From Patescibacteria group bacterium (GTDB lineage: Bacteria > Patescibacteriota > Patescibacteriia > Magasanikbacterales > UBA922), in contig JBAZZL010000003.1 of assembly GCA_041658785.1 (NCBI GenBank), positions 639 to 64,638 on the forward strand: a stretch of DNA of 64,000 nt, in the 5' to 3' direction. Position 1 is the first letter of the stretch, and each line of letters begins with the position of its first letter. The translations under genes and the position numbers were made by a program. The notes under the pieces were generated by a model. The model made no database searches. It was given only the letters and a program-made list of their open reading frames with translations, and was not told the DNA's origin. Positions 1-8,929 of the stretch are shown here, piece by piece.

Positions 1-705
1 TTCCCGGGCCGCCGCCCTCTGCGCTTCGTGGGCGCGGACGACCGCCTGCCGGATAAGCTCGCCGCCGGCCCCCCACTCCTTGGATCCAGACTTCTCCTGG
101 AGAATCCGGAAAACCATGGAGCGCAGGTTGCGGGCCCCGCGTTTGGCGAACTGGTTCTCCTCCGGCAGGGGGAACTTCTCAATCCACCGGCCAATGAAGT
201 CCCCGACCACCCACCGAGCGCGGCTGGGCTTGCGCAGAAGCCTGCCCGGCCGGATTCCTCCGGCGAGCGGGTCCGCAAGCCTGGCGTCGACCCAGGCCTG
301 GAGCTCGGCCATGTCGGCCGGCTCACGCTCCCTCCGCGACTTGGCCTCCGCCTCCTGAGACAAGCGGAGCCGACGCTGCTCCTCCTGCCTCTCCCGCTCC
401 TTTTCCCTGCCGGCTGCGGTCAGCTCGGAGAGCGTCACCGTCGCGGACAGGGCGACACCCTGAAAGTTAGCCGACATCCTAAACTGCCGGTGAAGACAGA
501 GGCCGTCCTCCGACAGTCTGGATTCTTCCCCGCCAACACGGACATCAACTTCTGTGGACGGCGTCCAACCGTCCGTTGCTTCGAACAAGAACTTTCCGTT
601 AAACCCCGCCTTGGCGGGGCGAAAGTCCACCAACTTCCCCTCACGGTTGAGGTGAGCGGTGCCCACCGCGCCGTTCTGGGATGTCCAAATCTTCTTGATC
701 GCCAT
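1..705 (-). CDS. GC-rich hypothetical protein, runs off the window edge (MAIKKIWTSQNGAVG...)
   Basis: Manual translation: ATG at 705 preceded by AGGAGG, open to position 1. Not in the ORF track because no stop lies in the window. Confidence 0.65.
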   Translation of the reverse strand, partial: MAIKKIWTSQNGAVGTAHLNREGKLVDFRPAKAGFNGKFLFEATDGWTPSTEVDVRVGGEESRLSEDGLCLHRQFRMSANFQGVALSATVTLSELTAAGREKERERQEEQRRLRLSQEAEAKSRREREPADMAELQAWVDARLADPLAGGIRPGRLLRKPSRARWVVGDFIGRWIEKFPLPEENQFAKRGARNLRSMVFRILQEKSGSKEWGAGGELIRQAVVRAHEAQRAAARE

Positions 706-854
706 GGTTTCTCCTCCTGTTTCCCACACTTCATGGCAAAAGCGCGGGAGTTGTTTTCTCATCCCGTCCCAACAACATCGTTGAGCCGGGAAGTTGAAGC
801 CCGAACCGTTAACCTCCAGTTTGACGGTTCGGGTAAAGGTGGCGCCGGCGCGCG

Positions 855-1274
855 TCAGAATCTGTCGAGCACATTGCCGAGATCTTTGACCTCGAGCATG
901 GCCCGCAAATCTTCGGGCAGGCGCGCGATCGCCTTCTTCGTGCCGGTGGACATGGCATCCACATGCACGCGAGTGAATCCGCGCTCGCGGCACCGCTCTA
1001 CGGTCGCCCGCATAAGCTCTGTGCCGTAACCCAAGCCGCGAGCGCCCGGAACAACATAGAGCCCGACGATCGCGGGCGTGCCATTTGATCCTTGCTCGCC
1101 CTGCGGCGCGATGGTCGCGGCGCCATAGACGCAGCCGTTCTCCTCAATCAGCACCGCTTCGTCGCAGCACGAGAAGCGGTCGCCGACAAAGAGAATAGCC
1201 GCAACCGGACAGATCGGCCGGCTGTGCAACCACTCCGAAAACTCGCTCATTGAAACGATGCGGGTATCCCTCAT
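855..1274 (-). CDS. GNAT family N-acetyltransferase
   Basis: Motif A-like LYVVPGARGLGYGTELM; strong AGGAGG SD. Confidence 0.8.
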   Translation of the reverse strand: MRDTRIVSMSEFSEWLHSRPICPVAAILFVGDRFSCCDEAVLIEENGCVYGAATIAPQGEQGSNGTPAIVGLYVVPGARGLGYGTELMRATVERCRERGFTRVHVDAMSTGTKKAIARLPEDLRAMLEVKDLGNVLDRF

Positions 1275-1487
1275 CGCCTCCTCCTTTCTAAAGTTGAAAG
1301 AACCACTCGCGCCGCCGAGCCCATCTCGGTTCGCGGATTTTTCCCCTGAAACTTTCGCTTCAGGGGCTTCCGGAAAATCAAAGTATTTTTGATTCTCTGG
1401 AAGATTTGAAATAATTTACGGAGTGATCCCGACTTAGTCGGGACCAGTTTGTCACGTGCTTCGTGTCGCGTAATCATGTCGCGTAAT

Positions 1488-1516
1488 TTGACGGCTAGTT
1501 TTTCCCCTGTTATACT
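1488..1516 (+). promoter_or_regulatory. Sigma70 promoter of the TA module, near-leaderless
   Basis: TTGACG-17-TATACT; ATG 8 nt after the -10. Confidence 0.7.
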
Positions 1517-1524
1517 GGCAAGGT

Positions 1525-1740
1525 ATGACTACCAAACAATTAACTAAACAACTCAACCGGATCGGACAATTAGAAAAGGAACTACAATTGCTTAAAATCG
1601 TTGTTTTTAAAGCTCTGCCCAAACAAACCGGACGGACTTCTTCTGCTCACGCGGAAAGGACTCTGCTAAAAGCCGCGAAAGACGTCCGGAATGATCTTTG
1701 GCAATCACGCTATGCCAAAAAAGTTGCGCGTGTTTCTTGA
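1525..1740 (+). CDS. Putative antitoxin of a PIN TA pair
   Basis: Small basic ORF overlapping the start of the PIN gene. Confidence 0.6.
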   Translation: MTTKQLTKQLNRIGQLEKELQLLKIVVFKALPKQTGRTSSAHAERTLLKAAKDVRNDLWQSRYAKKVARVS

Positions 1741-2146
1741 TACCAGCGCGATTTTAGCTGGGCTTAACTCGCCAAATGGAGCCGCCGGCATAATTCTGGC
1801 GGCTTGTTTTGTTCATGAAGCTATTCCGGTTATCTCCCCTCAAGTCGTTGAGGAGGCCGAACGGGTAATCGCTCAAAAATTTCCAAGGTTATTCGCCGGC
1901 TGGATCATTTTTTTGCTTATACCGCCGCAAATCGCTTCTCCACCTACTCTGGCTCAAGTAAGAAAGGCCTATCGTGTCCTGCCGACAAACGACGCGCCTA
2001 TTCTCGCCGCCGCTCTCAACACCCGCCCTGACGCTCTGGTAACTTGGAACACGCGCGACTTCATGCGTCCGGCAGTGGTGGAGGCATCGCCTTTTCCCAT
2101 TTTGCGGCCGGGTGAATTTCTGCGCCTGCTCCAACGCGGCAACTAA
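1712..2146 (+). CDS. PIN-domain (VapC-like) toxin
   Basis: VFLDTS, NDAPILAAA and LVTWNTRDF PIN motifs; start taken at MPKKLRVF. Confidence 0.85.
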   Translation: MPKKLRVFLDTSAILAGLNSPNGAAGIILAACFVHEAIPVISPQVVEEAERVIAQKFPRLFAGWIIFLLIPPQIASPPTLAQVRKAYRVLPTNDAPILAAALNTRPDALVTWNTRDFMRPAVVEASPFPILRPGEFLRLLQRGN

Positions 2147-2257
2147 TCCCGCGGCAACCGGCAAAATAACAGACACTATCGGTATTTTTTGTTTTTTTGG
2201 AATGTAATGAACGTTGTCACCAGTCACAAGACACATGCCACGCATCATCCCTGCGAT

Positions 2258-2397
2258 TTGTAAGCGCGGCTCACAGCTTACAACGCAAGCAAGCGCCGGT
2301 CATGGCGCTTGCGCTGGGCTCCGATTGAGCCGCGCAACCACCACGAAGGCGGCCAACGGAACCTCGCGAGAGTCCCCTTGACCGATGGTGGTTGCTT
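2258..2397 (-). ncRNA. Candidate structured RNA of two long stem-loops
   Basis: GCAACCACCA/TGGTGGTTGC and GCGCGGCTCA/TGAGCCGCGC stems; G-U pairs favour the minus strand. Confidence 0.3.
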
Positions 2398-2492
2398 TGT
2401 TTAATTGTTTAATTGTTTAATTGTTACATTGTCAAATTGTTACATTGTTATTATGTTGTCGGTGTTGCAGTGTTGCAGCGCTGTCGTCTTAT

Positions 2493-3155
2493 TTACTTCA
2501 CCGTTACCCGTTTGTCCCAATATTCAACTGATTTTTTATACTCCTCGGGGTCAAGCGGCACGCCGCTGCCGCCGTATTCTTTGCCCAGAGCGTTACGGAG
2601 CATTGTTGTCGGATCAATCGGTTCTGCTTCCGGCGTGGGCAGGCCCATAATTTTCACAATCCCCCAATCGGCCGCGGGCACATCCGCCTCGCCGCTCGCT
2701 TCCGCTTCTTTTCGCAGTTGATCCTGGCGGTAAAGAACGATTCCCAAATAATTTGCCGCAGGCGTCTCCACTCCTTCGGCCCAGCGCGTCAAAACTGGCA
2801 GTTCATTTTCACGGCGCGCCTCAAAACCGTTCCGAATTTCCCCCCGATTTTCGTCCGTGATTTCCACGGAACCCACCCGCGCGTCGGTAAAATTTTCCAC
2901 AAAGAGCAGGCGGCAAAAATCGGCATATCCGGGCTTTACTGTTGCCCCGGCCAAGCGCGCCGCCAGCTCCTGTTCAAACTCTTCCGGCGTATGGCTGGAA
3001 ATTTTCGTGCCGGCAAAATCTTTTTTAAAATGCCGCTTGACGAATTCAGTCATGCCGGCGGACGAAATCGTCAACCCCTCTTTTTGCTCGGCGTCAGAAT
3101 GTTCCGCGTTCACGGACGGCCGCTCGCCGGTATTTTCGTTGGTCATAGGTGTCAT
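2493..3155 (-). CDS. DUF3228 family protein
   Basis: GYADFC..LFVENFT, ARRENELPVLTRW and MLRNALG.EYGGSGVPLD motifs recalled for DUF3228. Confidence 0.75.
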   Translation of the reverse strand: MTPMTNENTGERPSVNAEHSDAEQKEGLTISSAGMTEFVKRHFKKDFAGTKISSHTPEEFEQELAARLAGATVKPGYADFCRLLFVENFTDARVGSVEITDENRGEIRNGFEARRENELPVLTRWAEGVETPAANYLGIVLYRQDQLRKEAEASGEADVPAADWGIVKIMGLPTPEAEPIDPTTMLRNALGKEYGGSGVPLDPEEYKKSVEYWDKRVTVK

Positions 3156-3276
3156 AGATAATGTGAGTTAAGAATAAATACGATAATTATATCATGTAAC
3201 GTGTAGCGTGTAACTTGTAACGTGGCGCACATTTTTAAAAATAGAATATCCACATTCCGCAACGGGAAAATGATAT

Positions 3277-3305
3277 TTGACAATCATTTTTCCCCCTGTT
3301 ATACT
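3277..3305 (+). promoter_or_regulatory. Sigma70 promoter of ATKDD paralog 1
   Basis: TTGACA-17-TATACT; ATG 8 nt downstream. Confidence 0.75.
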
Positions 3306-3313
3306 CATTTTAT

Positions 3314-3595
3314 ATGAACCAAACATCAGACCCGACAATCAAAGACGTTATGGAGGTCGTTGAATTCATCCGTGACAATGCCGCGACTAAGGATGACGTC
3401 CAGGCAGTTAGAGCCGAGCTACAAAAAGAAATCCAAGACGCTAAAAATGAAACGATCGGCCATATTGATGGTTTTGTCAAACTGCACAAAGACATGGACA
3501 CTGAAATCGCCGCACTCAAATCATCTTACCAGCGGCACGAAGAGCAAATCAGCCAAATCGTCCGCCACCTCGGCCTCCAATTGTCTAATGGCTGA
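3314..3595 (+). CDS. Small coiled-coil protein, ATKDD paralog 1
   Basis: MNQTSDPTIKDV start shared with 6921 and 7627; own promoter and terminator. Confidence 0.75.
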   Translation: MNQTSDPTIKDVMEVVEFIRDNAATKDDVQAVRAELQKEIQDAKNETIGHIDGFVKLHKDMDTEIAALKSSYQRHEEQISQIVRHLGLQLSNG

Positions 3596-3695
3596 TCTGA
3601 TTTACCGCCAGTAATCCCGATGCTATCGGGTTTTTTGTTTTTTGTAATGAACACAATTATTTTTTTCAATCGATAACTTTCGCAACGAACTTTGG

Positions 3696-3743
3696 GCGGT
3701 AACCCGCACCTCATCCCCTGCCCTTCTCCTAAAAGGAGAAGGG
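3696..3743. repeat. Half copy of the CCCTTCTCCT..AGGAGAAGGG palindromic element
   Basis: Matches the cores of the copies near 31495 and 44025. Confidence 0.75.
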
Positions 3744-3842
3744 AGCAATCCAACGATCTTTTGATTTTCCGATCTTTTGATCTTCAATCACCCCATCACC
3801 CCATCCTCCTCCACAATCCCTGAATTATCAGAAACTTTGGAA

Positions 3843-4027
3843 GGTGGCGAAGCGAGTGAAGCTTCGCCGCCAAGTGCGTCCAACGAGGGATTAGGAAATC
3901 CCGAATTGTTGGACTTCCCCGCCATGCAAATAGGCGGGGCGTTTGGTGGGAAGGCGGATCGGGAATTAGGTCGTCCGATCCGCCGCGTACTGCGGTGGCC
4001 CGCTTTTTGGGCTTTGGCCGGTACGCG
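3843..4027 (+). other. Array of five consecutive GC-rich hairpins
   Basis: e.g. GGTGGCGAAGC/GCTTCGCCGCC, GTCCAACGA/TTGTTGGAC, GGCGGATCGG/CCGATCCGCC. Confidence 0.6.
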
Positions 4028-4047
4028 CGGCCTGACGTCTCATCCTC

Positions 4048-4356
4048 TTACTGCTCCGTCGGAACGGAGCAGGGGACGTCCGCGATCGACGCGGCCCCAC
4101 CTGCCCCACCCTCGTAATGGGTGAAGATCAGGTGGCACCGCCCATCCGCGGCGTCCCGAAAGAGAATGAGATCGTTCGGCCCGAAATCATCCACGAGGAC
4201 GACCTCGAACCGGCCCGATTCTCCGCCGGTCGTCTCACCGACCTCCACTGGCGGGCGATTTGCCAACCAGATGGCGCCGATGAGAACTGCCAACACCAGG
4301 CCAAAGAGAATGGCCCATATTGGCTCCCGGCGGAGAAGGGACAGAAGGGATCTCAT
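4048..4356 (-). CDS. Small membrane-anchored hypothetical protein
   Basis: One hydrophobic helix (IWAILFGLVLAVLIGAIWL); GC-rich; purine-rich SD before MRSLL. Confidence 0.6.
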   Translation of the reverse strand: MRSLLSLLRREPIWAILFGLVLAVLIGAIWLANRPPVEVGETTGGESGRFEVVLVDDFGPNDLILFRDAADGRCHLIFTHYEGGAGGAASIADVPCSVPTEQ

Positions 4357-4652
4357 CCCTTTGTCCTTTCCGCCAATCCTTATCGTGTTCCCGATTTTCA
4401 TCGGAACGGGACAAACCCGCCGGATTTCAGCAAGGGACACCCTGCCTTATACCGGTTTTTTGGATTGGCGGATTCTCAAAGAGCGCGCTTCGCAAGCCCA
4501 GTATGGCTTTCGTTTCCTGGCACGCGCCAAGAAAACCTGCGAAGAAACACCTCTTCATTCACCCGACGCGCGATGCACGCATCACGACCCAAGTCCGCGT
4601 GTTTCGCATATCGTGTCAATGAAAAGGTGTTTGTTTTTTTATTTGAAAGAAC

Positions 4653-4720
4653 GGAACACGAATCCTTCACACGAATTTACACAAATTATATTCGTGTGAA
4701 TTCGTGAAAAAATTCGTGTT
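4653..4720. repeat. Inverted ACGAAT-type short-repeat hairpin
   Basis: ACACGAAT repeats followed by ATTCGTG repeats; similar at 39241-39311. Confidence 0.6.
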
Positions 4721-5050
4721 TCCCCTTCAACCCTCAATCTTTTAATCAGCGCAATCAATGATTCAGAGTCCAAGGGGATAGATGAATGGCGTGTGCAGTG
4801 CTGTTCATCTCATCCCGAATGCGCAACTGATTCGGCAGTTGCCACCTACACGCGTAGATAACCCATCAGCGTGATCTGGGGGCAAGACAATTTATTTAAC
4901 GCCGTCTGCCGGGGCGCGCGGGTTCGCGTAGGTTAGCGTACCTACAGGAACCCGGTGGTGTACCTCACGGTGCACCTCCTTCTTGGGGTTAATCTACCTC
5001 TTGTTCCTCACTACCCCTTGAGTGAGGAGAGGTTGTCGCGGAATGCGACA

Positions 5051-5959
5051 CTACTTCGCGAACCGCCTGCATATCTCCAGCACCTGCTCGGGGATGAGCT
5101 TCGACTGGCTGCCGTCCGGGTTGCGCGGGCTACCGCCGACGGAGCTGGCGCCGCCCCAGTTCGCCGCGTGCGACTGTTCCGGGTTGACCTCGATCTCCTT
5201 CAGGGCGAGCTGCCCCAGGATCGTGTCCTTCCGGTAGTCGTCGAGCGACGTGGGCGGGCGCTTGGTGGCGCCGGGGCCGACCGCGAGCGGCACGAGGTCC
5301 GACCGCTTGGCGACGGTGTACATGAGCGTTCCGTTGGGCGCGTCCGTGAAGAGCACGCCCGCGAGGAAGCCCTGGTTGTACACGTCGTCGAAGCCGATCT
5401 TCGTCTCGACCGCCTGCCAGCAGGTCTTCGGCGACCACGCGTAGCCCTTCGACGGGCGCTCCAGACGCGCGGGCGGGGCCTGCCACTCGCCGTTGGCGTA
5501 CTGGGTCACCTTCACGAGGAAGGTTTCCAGCATAGCCACGGTCTGTGGCTCCTTGCTCCCGTAAGCCGGGGCCAGCTCGCGGTGGATGTCGTGCGGGGCG
5601 AAGATCGGGCCGTGCGCGTCGGTGAGGCCAACGCGCTCGACGAGCTCCTTCACCTTCTCCTCGTTCACGCGCTCCGGGTTGGCGAGCAACCAGACCGAGA
5701 GGCTCGTGTCCGCGTCCAGGTCGTTGATGTAGACCTGGGTGTCCTCGTCCACCACGAGCCCGAGGCGGATCGCCGTCGCCACCTGCTGGCACGTGGCCAG
5801 GGTGACGAGGCGGGTGCACGCCGCATGGTGATCAAACGAGAACTTGCGGTTCACGGCGTCGATCTGCGGGCCCTGGACGGCTCCGTCGAGCGCAATGCTG
5901 TTAGCGGGAAGGTTCGCGAAATCGACAACCTGACCGAACACGAAATTGATACGCGCCAT
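5051..5959 (-). CDS. GC-rich DHH-motif protein, putative phosphoesterase
   Basis: LDG, FDHH and NDLDAD motifs; SD before MARINF at 5959. Confidence 0.6.
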   Translation of the reverse strand: MARINFVFGQVVDFANLPANSIALDGAVQGPQIDAVNRKFSFDHHAACTRLVTLATCQQVATAIRLGLVVDEDTQVYINDLDADTSLSVWLLANPERVNEEKVKELVERVGLTDAHGPIFAPHDIHRELAPAYGSKEPQTVAMLETFLVKVTQYANGEWQAPPARLERPSKGYAWSPKTCWQAVETKIGFDDVYNQGFLAGVLFTDAPNGTLMYTVAKRSDLVPLAVGPGATKRPPTSLDDYRKDTILGQLALKEIEVNPEQSHAANWGGASSVGGSPRNPDGSQSKLIPEQVLEICRRFAK

Positions 5960-6661
5960 TTCTTCCTCCTCTCGGAGACTCCTGCGGACAAACCCACCCA
6001 TGGCTAGGTGGGAGGAGTGCCCTTGCGGGCTTGTTTCTGCTTGTCCGCTTAGCCATATCCCATCCCCCGCAAAAGCGAAGAAATTTTTCCCCACACCATG
6101 CGGGGAGGGATATTTTGGAAAAGGCATCTCGGGTCGGCTTCTGCCCCGAGTTACCTACCCTAAATCACTCAACACGATTTACACACTTCACAAAACATCT
6201 GCATTCGCATTTGTTTCGTGCTGTATGTCTCGTGCCTCGTGAAAAAAGGATTCGATCTGTCCGCCCTCTCGAGCGCCACGGAACTTCCCCGCGGTATTAC
6301 TGCCCAGAGCCAGACGACAATTCAGCTTGCGCCGAACTTCGCGAGGCATTTTTATTTTTACAACGTCATTGGTTGGACGTTGGTTTTATTAAATTTTATA
6401 GAACAAGAGCCTGTCTGCGGCTCTCGCGAAACTTTTTTCTCAAAAAATCTTGCGAGAACCCCGGAACACGAATTTTTCCGCCATCGCGGAGTATGGAATT
6501 GAACGCAGCGAAGCGAAGTGAAATTTCATTCGCCGCGGCGTAAATGGCGGAATTTCACTTCGTTCAATTCCGCACTCCACAACAATAAGACAATACGGAA
6601 GAATAACATCGGAATGTCAATCTTTTGACAAGCGCCATGCTCTTTGATATGCTATTGTTAT

Positions 6662-6886
6662 ATGACTCACGCCCAGGCCGCAACGCTTACCAAACACGTT
6701 CAAACGTTGAATCGCGAAGTCGCTCTTTTGCGTTCTTTTATGATTGGCATGACGCATGATCCGGAAGGCGATTACCGTCCGTCGTTTGTCAAAACAATTC
6801 GCAAACGTACTATATCATCTGAATCGCGCCAGCGCTTTCTTGGAAAAGAGGCGTTCCTTGCCGAGCTCAAAAAGAGAGCAATTTGA
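6662..6886 (+). CDS. Small antitoxin-like hypothetical protein, orphan
   Basis: Own TTGACA-17-TATGCT promoter (6625-6653); DPEGDYRPSFV motif typical of small CPR proteins. Confidence 0.55.
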   Translation: MTHAQAATLTKHVQTLNREVALLRSFMIGMTHDPEGDYRPSFVKTIRKRTISSESRQRFLGKEAFLAELKKRAI

Positions 6887-6920
6887 CAAACCAATTTCAC
6901 GCCTGTTATACTCATTTTAT

Positions 6921-7277
6921 ATGAACCAAACATCGGACCCGACAATCAAAGATGTCATGGAGGTCGTAGAATTCATCCGCGATAATGCCGCGACCAAAGA
7001 CGATATTAAAAATTTCGCGACCAAAGATGATCTTAAGAACCTCGCGACCAAGGACGACTTAAAGAACTTCGCGACCAAAGACGATCTGCAAAACTTTGCC
7101 ACCAGGGACGATCTTAGAAATGCTAAAGATGAAATGATCGGCCATATTGATGGTTTCATTAAACTGCACAAGGACATGGACACTGAAATCGCCGCGCTCA
7201 AATCATCTTACCAGCGGCACGAAGATCAAATCAGCCAAATCGTCCGCCACCTCGGTCTCCAATTGTCTGCCGCCTAA
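6921..7277 (+). CDS. ATKDD paralog 2 with 9-aa tandem repeats
   Basis: ATKDDLKNF-type repeat about 4.5 times; promoter TTGACA-18-TATACT at 6883-6912. Confidence 0.8.
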   Translation: MNQTSDPTIKDVMEVVEFIRDNAATKDDIKNFATKDDLKNLATKDDLKNFATKDDLQNFATRDDLRNAKDEMIGHIDGFIKLHKDMDTEIAALKSSYQRHEDQISQIVRHLGLQLSAA

Positions 7278-7292
7278 GTCCGACAAACCCAT

Positions 7293-7478
7293 ATGGATAG
7301 AAACTCTGCCAAACCCACAATCGCTCCTCACGTCCCCTACCATCTTACGCCAGAAGGAATTGCGCTGACTCACCGAAAATTTGAGCTGGAAAAGCAAATG
7401 CTTTTGCGCGATTATGCTAAGCTGGAAAGAAAAATCAAGCAGATTGCGGACCATCTTGGTCTAAAGTTCAAGTCCTAA
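7293..7478 (+). CDS. Small protein with paralogous C-terminus (QIADHLGL)
   Basis: C-terminus resembles QIVRHLGL of the ATKDD paralogs. Confidence 0.45.
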   Translation: MDRNSAKPTIAPHVPYHLTPEGIALTHRKFELEKQMLLRDYAKLERKIKQIADHLGLKFKS

Positions 7479-7626
7479 CTTTTCTAACACTTTGATTGAT
7501 AGAAAATACTTTTTTCACCACCGTTTCTATTGAACCGAAATTCAGCACAAACTGTGATGAAATTTTAACGGAAGAATAATATAATAATATTGACAATCAA
7601 TTTTCCCCCTGTTATACTCGTTTTAT

Positions 7627-8007
7627 ATGAACCAGACATCAGACCCGACAATCAAAGACGTACTGCAAGAGCTGAAAGAAAATAGAGAAATAATCGAGTT
7701 CATCCGCGACAACGCCGCGACCAAAGATGACATCGCCGACATCCGCAGAGAGATGGCGACCAAAGATGACATCGCCGACATCCGCAGAGAGATGGCGACC
7801 AAAGATGATTTGCGATTGGTGAAGACAGAACTGCGGCAGGAAATTCAGGATGCCAAAAATGAAATGCTTACTCATGTAGATGCTTTCGTGGGCTTGTACC
7901 AAAAACACGAACAAGAACTCGCCGCCGTAGTGGCTCGCGTCAATCGTTTTGAAGAAAAATTAAACGCCGTCATCAAACACCTCGGCCTCCAGCTTGAGAC
8001 CGCGTAA
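7627..8007 (+). CDS. ATKDD paralog 3 with 13-aa tandem repeats
   Basis: ATKDDIADIRREM twice; promoter TTGACA-17-TATACT at 7590-7618; terminator near 8041-8066. Confidence 0.8.
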   Translation: MNQTSDPTIKDVLQELKENREIIEFIRDNAATKDDIADIRREMATKDDIADIRREMATKDDLRLVKTELRQEIQDAKNEMLTHVDAFVGLYQKHEQELAAVVARVNRFEEKLNAVIKHLGLQLETA

Positions 8008-8194
8008 ACGACTCGCGCGCTCCATGCTTCTCCGCTCCAAACCCTGGCCATTCGCCGGGTTTTTTATTTTGTAATGAACAATCTCACTAGTCACCAGCCG
8101 AATACCACGAATCACTTAAAAGTGTCTCGTGATATGTGCCTTGTGTCTCGTGACATGTCTCGTGCTGCGTGTCTCGTGCCTCGTGATAAATACC

Positions 8195-8700
8195 GACTGC
8201 CTTTCTCTCCACCACCTTGCGGCGGTCAAGAGAAGGCGCACTCGGTACCACATTCTCTGGTGAAAATGTGGAGCGGTCGCGAGGGAGTTTTGACCGAATC
8301 GCTTCAGCCAAAGCTATCAACCTCCACCGCCGTTCCCCGATTTAATCGGAGAAAAAAACCAGATGTGTATCTCACATCGCCGATAGGACTCTCTCCTATT
8401 TTTCATACGGGCAATGCGGGATCAAACACTTGAATTTAATGAACCTATAGTCAGATATATTCCACTCTTGCTCGCAACCGGATTAACAACCGACAAGCGT
8501 TTGTCAATCCAAGTCTATTGAGCAGGGATTATTCCGACAGAACAGGTGGCATGGCTTTTACCCGTCCGAGTGTCGCTCGCGCGGCAGGTGGACAGATATT
8601 TGCTTGTCAGAGGATGTCCGCAGGCATTGGGCAATAAATATTACTTTTCCCCGCCAATGGACACTGTGATCTCTCTCCATGTCACCCCATCTATCGGAAC
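8195..8700 (-). ncRNA. Candidate large structured non-coding region
   Basis: No credible ORF; many hairpins whose G-U pairs and a GCAA tetraloop work on the minus strand. Confidence 0.3.
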
Positions 8701-8900
8701 AAAAAATCCCTCTTTGGGGAAAGGGGGTTTGATTTCAGATTTCAGATTGCAGATTTATTTCACAAATCAATCTCCAATCTCTTGATCTTTTGATCTTTAG
8801 ATCTTTTGATCTTCAATCGTTCATTTTGCCCTCTCTCCAAGGCAATTTTTGTTATAAGTTGTATTGAACGGTCTCTTTTGCTTTTTGATTTTAACAGAAC

Positions 8901-8929
8901 AGTATAACATCATTTGGGGTAATTGTCAA
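8901..8929 (-). promoter_or_regulatory. Sigma70 promoter with no downstream ORF
   Basis: TTGACA-17-TATACT on the minus strand. Confidence 0.6.

Noticed and set aside
28-1029. 333-aa plus-strand ORF (likewise 4955-6007 and 10081-11283)
   Set aside because: Antisense shadows of better supported minus-strand genes.
1488-8080. Classical integron with attC sites
   Set aside because: No integrase and no convincing RYYYAAC/GTTRRRY paired boxes.
8200-8215. tmRNA 3' end (CTCCACCA)
   Set aside because: No T-arm upstream; the sequence is part of a minus-strand hairpin.
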